Positions 26,219 to 35,600 of a DNA stretch of 64,000 bases are shown here, piece by piece. The number at the start of each line of letters is the position of its first letter. Position 1 is the stretch's first letter. The DNA comes from Mytilus edulis (taxonomy: Eukaryota): assembly GCF_963676685.1 (NCBI RefSeq), contig NC_092356.1, forward strand, positions 65,658,001-65,722,000. Direction: 5' to 3'. A program made the position numbers and the translations under genes. Under the pieces are notes generated by a model that had not been told where the DNA came from, did not search any database, and saw only the letters and a program-made list of their open reading frames with translations.

Positions 26219-27111
26219 TAGTTATCAAAAGTACCAGGATTATAATTTTATACGCCAGACGCGCGTTTCGTTTACATAAGACTCATCAGTGACGCTCAGA
26301 TCAAAATAGTTAAAAAGCCAAATAAATACAAAGTTGAAGAGCATTGAGGATCAAAAATTCCTAAAAGTTGTGCCAAATATGGCTAAGGTAATCTACTCCT
26401 GGGGTAAGAAAATCCTTAGTTTTTCGAAAAATTCAAAGTTTTGTAAACAGAAAATTTATAAAAATGACCATATAATTGATATTCATGTCAACACCAAAGT
26501 GCTGACTACTGGGCTGGTGATACCCTCGGGGACGAAACGTCCACCAGCAGTGGCATCGACCCAGTGGTGTAAATAGTTATCAAAAGTACCAGGATTATAA
26601 TTTTATACGCCAAACGCGCGTTTCGTCTACATAAGACTCATCAGTGACGCTCAGATCAAAATAGTTAAAAAGCCAAATAAATACAAAGTTGAAGAGCATT
26701 GAGGATCAAAAATTTCTAAAAGTTGTGCCAAATATGGCTAAGGTAATCTACTCCTGGGGTAAGAAAATCCTTAGTTTTTCGAAAAATTCAAAGTTTTGTA
26801 AACAGAAAATTTATAAAAATGACCATATAATTGATATTCATGTCAACACCAAAGTGCTGACTACTGGGCTGGTGATACCCTCGGGGACGAAACGTCCACC
26901 AGCAGTGGCATCGACCCAGTGGTGTAAATAGTTATCAAAAGTACCAGGATTATAATTTTATACGCCAGACGCGCGTTTCGTCTACATAAGACTCATCAGT
27001 GACGCTCAGATCAAAATAGTTAACAAGCCAAATAAATACAAAGTTGAAGAGCATTGAGGATCAAAAATTCCTAAAAGTTGTGCCAAATATGGCTAAGGTA
27101 ATCTACTCCTG
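26219..27111 (-). mobile_element. Tandem array (2.5 x 355 bp) of hammerhead retrozyme family A
   Basis: Near-identical 355-bp units, with one hammerhead per unit on the minus strand at 26252-26295, 26607-26650 and 26962-27005. Confidence 0.93.
26962..27005 (-). ncRNA. Minimal type I hammerhead ribozyme, intact
   Basis: gcguca CUGAUGA gucu uaugu agac GAA acgc gcgu C uggcgu: complete core and palindromic stem III. The copy at 26252 has a stem II mismatch; the copy at 26607 has a GUU triplet. Confidence 0.92.
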
Positions 27112-27399
27112 TAAAAAGATACAAATTCTTCAGTTTTTCTTAGTGTCTCAATTAGGCTTATCTTTCTTCGAGTAACGTCATCCTCAAATCTAATTTTACT
27201 GGTCAAATCTTTCCTACATCTCATAATTTGACGCTTAATATCACTACTGGATAGCTTAACATCATTGTCATATTCCCGAATATTTTTTTCTCTCCATCGA
27301 TTTATGACTTTAAAACAACGGTATACTACTGTTGCCTTTATTTAACAATAACTTGATAGGGCCCAGCCTTTTGTGATAGTAAACGGTGAATTGCACCCA

Positions 27400-27950
27400 C
27401 ATCTCAATCTTCTAACTAGACATTTAGTTCTTTTAAAAGTTTCCAGAAAGTCGTTTCTTCAATCTAGTTTATCCATTTTTGGTAAATTTATTGTTTTGAC
27501 GCTATGGTTTCTTCAGTAATTACTGCTTACATCAGCCTGTTTTGAAAGTCGACTTGTTCCATTTAGGTCTCTTCTAATTGTTGTATTTGAATACTGTATA
27601 GCTTGTATCGTATTCTTCGGGTCTTCATTTTCTATAAATAAAGCATCCAATTTTTCCTGCATACCATTTTTAACTTCTTCATCTTTTTAGTCAATCTTAT
27701 TAGGCACAGATATTTCAATTTCATTCATTAGCTTTTTAACAATTACAGTAACTACTTGATCAAGATCACTAGTTTTTATCATATCTGTTTTTACTCTACT
27801 AAGGTAACACCTTCAAGTTTGAATTTTATTTCCTCGATATACCTTTGAAAGTTCATTATACCAGATAAGTCTAAACTATTGTTTGAGTCATTAGATACGT
27901 ATGAATGTGTTCGATTATTATGTGGTGGTTTATTTATTTCCATTTTTGCC
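27400..27950 (-). mobile_element. Possible degraded LINE ORF1 fragment
   Basis: Interrupted, K/E-rich coding-like sequence on the minus strand; no diagnostic motif. Confidence 0.3.
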
Positions 27951-28239
27951 GCAAGTATTATCTGAACAGTATTTTTAGGTTTAGTAGTAGATCATTTTTG
28001 TAGATTTTAAACCAGCTACTTTACCATAAATACATACTGTACATATATTGTCACCTCTTGTAGCAGAAATCAATAATCAAATATCATTATAGATCCTTCA
28101 AGAAAATTTATTCACAAGTAGTAAGATTTTTACTGTTGGAAATAAATCTACAAAAGTTGTATCATTCTATTCTCCTTTGAATTTGCTATCACAAAATACT
28201 CAATTCACAGACAGTGTCGTCCTACATTTGGCAAACCAA

Positions 28240-30360
28240 TGCGATAATTGCAAATATTTCCGCTTGCGGAAAAAGTCACGATTAATGTCAAATACAGAAT
28301 TCAAATTGAATATTGCCTATTTTTGTTTTTGTTGGATAGCATTGTTGGTATTTGAAAGGCTAAATAGAGTTTAGTTTCACTGTCATCCGGGAATTTTTTA
28401 AACGATAACAGGAACATATTACCGCTGCCAAATACGTAACAAGTTATAATTTACTAACATTTAGTAAACACAACAGCAATGAAAATAAAATCAACCACTC
28501 GCAAAAATCTAGAAAAAAGGACAATCGCATAAAAGTACATTTGAAGATTCCCGTAATATTATGGAAATGGAATGTGGTAGGATTACTAAGGAGACAACTA
28601 CGCACCAGAATCCAATAACAAACATACTACAGCTTTTGGTCATTCACAAATCACTGAAGTACTATTAACTACTAATTCAGTTTATTTTTTTTTTGCAATG
28701 CAACTGCTTTCTGTTACTTTCATTGCTTTTTGATAGTTAAAGATTTGAAAAGACCAACAAAGACAACAGAGGTTTAACTAAAATATTTGACAGTATATGA
28801 AACTTTCTGTTTTGTTTGTTTGAAAAATATCTTCTCTTTCAATTACCAAGTTTCCTAACCAAATGAATTGTTATGTTTGTTTTGGACAATATAAATCTTA
28901 ACTTCATAAAATAAAATATGAGAATGTTGTATTTTGTTGTAGGTAAATACTCCATAATTTCAAAATCTTTCAAAACGCATTTTGGTGTTAAGAATAAGCC
29001 TTTATGTTTAGAGTTTGGACGCAGTTTGTTTTTAACACCTGGAGAAGATGATATGATATTATTCATTTAAGTAAAGTTAAATATAAAATAGTTTAAAAAG
29101 ATAAACTTTTAACTAATTTGATGAGAAATAAACATTATTTCCTTTTTAAAAAAATATTCTGTAAACATGATGGGAAGTTGCCGTAAAGTTTAATTTCCTT
29201 GAGTTGTTAGGTTTCTGTCTTTTACGTATACTTGACATGACTTTTTTGTCAAACTGACTGACCTGTGGATGAACAATAACATGATTGCACTAGCGGTGTT
29301 TCCGGTCGCAATGCTATCGATTTATTTCTCACTTTAAAGATTAAAATTCAAACACTTTTCAAAACATGTATGGCGACAGCTACAGATTGAAAGAAAACAT
29401 ATGCAGCAATAAGTTCATCTTTTGTTTTTGTTTCAGTCGGAAACAAAATATCTCGACTTGGAAACAGCGATGACTACGTTTTTTTATCAAACACAAGGCC
29501 GTTCACCTCATAAATAACGGTTTATTCTAAACATGCGTTAGATACGCCCGTGCACGAGGGTATATGGTTTTTATGAATAGAAGAATGAAAGCAACGTGTA
29601 GAATATGAAAGTATGAAGATGTGGTATGATTGTCAATGAGACAACTATCCACCAGAGAAAAAATGTCGAAGAGGCATATCTAGGTTAACGTACTACTTTC
29701 AAGAATGATCAATACCCTTACCATAGAGAAAGCTATAATAACCACAACAGAAACAATTTAAATTAGAAATTTAAACGAGCATTTTTGCAAGGATTTTATT
29801 TATTTTATCAATTAAAGTCTTAAGATACATAATGCTCAATGGTCATTTGATAAATATATTTGTCGACAACTTTGGACCAGCATTAAATACAATGCGCAAT
29901 TAAGTCGAAAAAAGTAAAATTAAAAAAATAATGAACTCCGAGAAAAATGTTTACTCACCATTTAAGTCATCCTTATAAATGAGTCCAGTTGAGTGAAGAG
30001 CATTATATTGTTTTTATTCCTTATATTAAATAATAACAAGATTACAGAATATACATGTCTTTAGATAATCGCGAGTTGAGGACCGCAAATTGCGGAAGGT
30101 TTGTCAAATACAGCAAATGTAATCTATTCCTAGGGTAGAAAGCCCTTGCCATTAATAGAAATGCAATGTTATGCAAATAGTTACTTCATTTACATTACAA
30201 TGTCAATGATAACGCATGTCAACACATAAGTGCTGACTAGTGGGCTGATGCAACTCTCGGGGATGAGCCCTTCCCTGTCAGTGGCATCGATATAGTAGTA
30301 AAATAACCTAGGTTTGAAGTAATTACGCCAGAGACGCATTTGTATGCTGTACAAATGACC
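28240..30360 (+). pseudogene. Mytilectin pseudogene copy 3 (upstream block, intron, first 10 codons, then a deletion into the 3' flank)
   Basis: 29160-29460 matches the intron and acceptor at 16290-16570. ATG ACT ACG TTTTTTT ATC AAA CAC AAG GCC at 29470-29500 carries a +1 frameshift. 29501 onward matches 17245 onward. 28240-28460 matches 19945-20150. Confidence 0.9.
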
Positions 30361-30752
30361 AGGGATACGTAAGGTGACTACCATGTGAGTTTTAAGGTGA
30401 AACTTCATATTAGTGCGGAATTAATCATCGAATTCGATACAAACAAACCTTTTGTTTTCTTTTTCAATTATTGAACAGAAGACAAACTACTTGTGTTGGC
30501 CAAGATTTTTATTTATTTTGCAATGCATCAAGAATGTTGTGTACGACATGGTAAACGTTTTCAAAACGGTAGTAAGCTATTTTCAAAGAAAACATGAGGC
30601 GACAATCACGGAAACAACGTTTCAGGAACAAGAAATTTTAAAAAAGACTAAAAATAAAATAACAAAAATACTGAACTTCGAGGAATATTCAGAATGGAAA
30701 GTCCCTAATCAAAAGATAAAACACATCAAACGAATGGACAACAACTGTCACA

Positions 30753-31126
30753 AAATTGGTACCGTTAATGTTATTACTACCACTGGGTCGATGCCTCTGC
30801 TGGTGGACTGTTAGTCCCCGAGGGTATCACCAGCCCAGTAGCCAGTACTTCGGTACTGGCATGAAAATACAGATTTTTTGTGTTATTGAAATTTGCTGTT
30901 ACAAATTGTTAGAAATTATTATAAATTAAGGAATGTATCTCCCTCATGCATAGCTCTGATTCCTTTCACGGATTTGGCTATACTTTTTGGACCTTTTGGA
31001 TTATAGCTCTTCGTCTTTTATATAAGCTTTGGATTTCAAATATTTTGGCCACGAGCATCACTGAAGAGACATGTATTGTCGAAATGCGCATCTGGTGCAG
31101 GTAAATTGGTACCGTTAATGTTATTA
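30753..31126 (+). mobile_element. Hammerhead retrozyme family B: one 350-bp unit plus ~24-bp terminal redundancy
   Basis: aaattggtaccgttaatgttatta at 30753 and 31103 (period 350); hammerhead at 31055-31098. Confidence 0.9.
31055..31098 (+). ncRNA. Minimal type I hammerhead ribozyme, intact (family B)
   Basis: gcauca CUGAAGA gaca uguau uguc GAA augc gcau C uggugc; predicted cut after AUC at 31092; all three stems covary relative to family A. Confidence 0.92.
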
Positions 31127-32647
31127 TCATATATTCCTGACTTAATACAGGCATTTTCAAATGTAGAATATGGTGGATTGAACCTGGTTTTATAGCGCTA
31201 AATCTTTCACGTGTATGACAGTCGCATCAAATTCCTTAAATAATAATGCGTGAACAAAACAGACATAATAGGTAAAATTGTCAAAATAGGGATACAGCCA
31301 TCAATACCGTTTCATAAATGATATGTATTTGTTATTATCATCCGGAAACAAGTTTATCATGTTTATGGAATCAATCTTGACCTGTACGTAATGGTCGGTG
31401 GCTATATGTTAAATTTCAAAAAGGCCGTACAGTGACCTATAGTTGTATGACACATATCAAAACGTCATTGTTGGGAACCTTTATATATTGCTGTTTGCTC
31501 TGAACAAATTTAAATGCTTCGTGTTGAAGGCCATACCTTGACTAATATATGGTTTTTTTTACAAATTGTTACTAAGATGGAGAGATGTCTCGTTACTATT
31601 TGTATACATATAGGTTTAGTTAGTAATTTTTTTTAATCTTATTTCTATATAAGTCTTGAATTATGCGTTTCAAAACAGGACAATTGAGTCCCTCAATGAC
31701 GCATGTCAAACCAAGCCAAGTGAGTCCTGAATGGCGCATGTCAAAACAAGCTAATTGATTCCTGAATTACGTATGCCAAAACCATCAATATAAAACTTTA
31801 CTCGTATTTTAATGTCAACGACATTGTGGCTGAAATTTAAAATAATCCAAATCAAGTTATGTGACGGACAGATGGATGAATGAACGAACATGGGCATCAT
31901 TTTGTTAGTCATTTCTTCTATGCGGGGGTATACATTTTTATATTTGATGCGTTTCCCTCAGGTTTAGTTTGTAACCCGGATTTGGTTTTTTTTTTCAATA
32001 GATTTATGAATTTCGAACAGTGGTATACTATTGTCGCCTTTATTTAAATGAGCAAATATCACGAATCTTCAAAGAAAATTTCATACAACAAAACAACAGC
32101 CAAACACGAAACAGCCATACAAATTCTTTTATTTACATTAACATGTATATCAATATCCAATATTTTTAAATAATTGTAAATAATTGTAAGCTAATTAATA
32201 AAATTGAATTATTCATAATATAAAAACACATAGTTGTCCATATCGAATACAATGGCAGAAAGAGGTAGTCCATATAAAAATAAAACAATATGATCACCAG
32301 TAATTGTTAATTTCAAATTTAAATTTACACACATATAAACGTATATCTTCTTTTATTCATAATTATGATATAGTGTTCTATAGCAAATAACGCTTCTAAC
32401 AATGACTTAGTATATCATAAACTAACAAAGCAAATCAATAACATTCCCTCATTGAACACATATTTGGCAATAAATGCGATTCCTATAGTTATAAAATGCC
32501 TTGACAATTCTAATTAACCTGAATTGCAGTTCATTCTTTGTAAGAACCGGGAGTTCAGAAAATAAACATATCAAAGTTATTTTCAATTATCCTTCGTGAT
32601 TTTATTAATGGAAACTTTTCCTAAGTCGTAGGGAATATCTTGTTCAT

Positions 32648-35600
32648 TCAAATTGTCTGCTTGCAGTCGGTTTTGTTCACACTTATTTTATCACTTATAT
32701 TTTTTTCAGGAATTAAACTTCCGTTTTGTAAAGACTTCATTGTATCTCCAACCAGTCCAAATTCATGGTTTTCTAGATTGCTCCTCAGGCTTTCTGTACT
32801 CTCTGAATTTCTACCTGAAAGAACAAAAAATATTGAATGATTAAACCAAAACTGTTTTATTTTATTTTTAAAGTTACGTTTTTTATATATAATTATGTTT
32901 AGAGACAATTTATGGCGATAACTGCATAAAGTATTTATTTCGGTTATCTATTAGTAAGCATAACAGCCATTCCTTTCAATCAATATATGTATATTAGACT
33001 CCCCATCAAACCGACTTAAACACATAGAAAAACAATTAATTTTATCAAGTTCGTTGTTTGGTGTAACGAAGAAGTGAACGATCCAATTTTTTTCAGCTTT
33101 TTTTTTTTTTAACAAAATCTACTAGTTCTAATTTTTAACATGCATAATTATATTTTCCCCAGGAACGCAAATAGGAAACTGTGTATTCTCAATGTATCAT
33201 TCTGAAAGATGAGGCTAAAGTTAAGCTGTAATATTTAATTTAAATCTTATTCAACGCTCCCATATATTTTATGTAACTAAAGTTTTATATAAAAAATGTG
33301 AATAACATTTAAATAAAATAGAAATATGCCACCCACTATTGATATTACTCAAGAGTACATGTAATAAAAAAATATCTATATTGAAGCCTACAACTGAATG
33401 ATTTTTATTAAATGCTTAAAACAAAGTAAGCATACCTGCTGATTCATATCCGCTCGACTGTTCATCTGAAACTACAAATTAGTTAACATTATACATTTGA
33501 TTCAATACATAATTGCGGTTTTAATTTTCACTCGTTTTTTTCAGAAAATAAGAAGACGTGATATAATAATAAATTAGACAACTAATCACTATACACCATG
33601 TAAGTGATGTAAGTAAGTACATAAGCTGTCAGATAACTGCGAGTACTCTCAGATCTGTTCATTGTGTCTTTTTGTGTTGGGATGTATAAGTACCGGGCCA
33701 CGTCCACTTGTATATTTGTCCATCTGATGAGTTAAGCCATTTTCAATTGATTTTTATACTTCGTTCTTATGTTGTACTGTTATACCACTGTCCCAGGTTA
33801 GGGGAGGGTTGGGATCCCGCTAACATGTTTAACCCCGCCACATTATTTATGTATGTGCCTGTCCCAAGTCAGGAGCCTGTAATTCAGTGGTTGTCGTTTG
33901 TTTATGTGTTACATATTTGTTTTTCGTTCTTTTTTTACATAAATAAGGCCGTTAGTTTTCTCGTTTGAATTGTTTTACATTGTCATTTCGGGGCCTTTTA
34001 AAGCTGACTATGCGGTATGGGCTTTGCTCATTGTTGAAGGCCGTACGGTGACCTATAGGTGTTAATGTCTGTGTCATTTTGGTCTTTTGTGGATAGTTGT
34101 CTCATTGGCAATAATATCACATCTTCTTTTTTATATAAAATAATAATTGAGAATGGAAAAAGGGATTGTGTCAAAGCGCCAACAACCCCGACCATAGAGC
34201 AGATAACAGTCGAAGGCCACCAATGTATAGATTAACATTAAACTGATAATAGAGCATTTGCATTTTTCACGTATCTGGATACGTTCGTAGATAAACGTAT
34301 ACGTATCGGCCAGGTTTATAAAATATAATATTAAACTCCGACCTCAATTAAAACTACATTAAAATTAAATGCATTTATATAAAATATGTTAATCGCGACC
34401 CACTTGTCTCAATTTAGCCTTTCCTCATATACGTGATATAGACGATACGTCGATACGGATACGCCAGCAAATACACGAATAGTGTAAATGTTCTAATTAG
34501 AACAACCAACTACAGAACAGACAACACCACGAGCAGTAAGCTATAGGTGAGGCTTGTTTAGGGGGGGTATCAATATCCCATATCCCATTAAGTTTTTATC
34601 CCAATATCCCGTATCGCTATAATGTTTACCCCTAATATCCCAATAAATATTTTTTACAAATATCCCATATCCCTAAAACTATTTTGAAATATCCCAAAAA
34701 ATCATTACAAATTCATTCCCAAGCCCGTTTTTTTCCTCATCATCACAGCGTCAACAATTTTGACTGGTAAAACAAACTGTGTTAAAGGAAATTTACAGTG
34801 CATACTTCCAGTGTTAAATAAGAATATATGTGTCCAAAAGATGAAGTGTTCCATCTTAGAGCCTTGTATAACAATCTCTTTTTATGTGATCTTAAACGAT
34901 GAATTTAGTGTAAGAGGTCTAATTTCAGACTTTTTTTTTAATTGTTCAAACCGTGATGCATATGACTGTACAATTTCATTTTGATAGCATTCTTCCCTCA
35001 TTGATAAGAAACTTCATCCTACACGTTAACCTATGCTGGAAAGAACAGAAGGACTCAACCCTGTCTCTTGTCCGAGATTGCTCTGACATTCAACGGCTGT
35101 TTTGCCAGACAAGCTGAGACAGTGGGACGTCAGAGCACGTCCATATCAAAAAGTGGATATTTAGCATGCAAGTTCAAGAACTCAAAATTTAACATAAGAA
35201 AGCTTTCTGCTTATGTACCTACATTACACTTAACTGTTGCAATATTTTTACAGCAGGCAAAATTTGCACAAGAAATAATACAACATTTGACTCTGTGATC
35301 TTGAACTTTATGAATTACATAGATCCTAATATTTTTGTTACTTTTTTTTAATTTCCTTCCTCACAACACCAGTAATAGAAAGAGCATATATTAATTTACA
35401 TTGATTATTTAGTAATTATTCGTTTTTAACATAGTTTATACGGCGAAATATCTACTTTTTGATATGAGACGTGCTCTGACGTCCCTCGGCCCTAGCTTGT
35501 CTGGCAAAACAGCCGTTGCACATCAGAGCAATCTGTGAAACGTGAAGACCTCTGAAGATCCTCGCCACGTAAAAAATAAGAGGTAAAACACTAAAAAAAT

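Larger units (their letters stand above)
30650..31310 (-). mobile_element. Family 4 retro-repeat (twister-bearing) split by a retrozyme insertion
   Basis: The flanks of 30753-31126 rejoin to match the uninterrupted copy at 56352-56640. Confidence 0.8.

Noticed and set aside
26334-26931. Duplicated 80-aa ORF
   Set aside because: Lies antisense within the non-coding retrozyme unit, starts at TTG, and is identical only because the DNA is repeated.
33720-33760. CTGATGAG in family 1 as a hammerhead core
   Set aside because: No GAAA follows the putative stem II in any copy.
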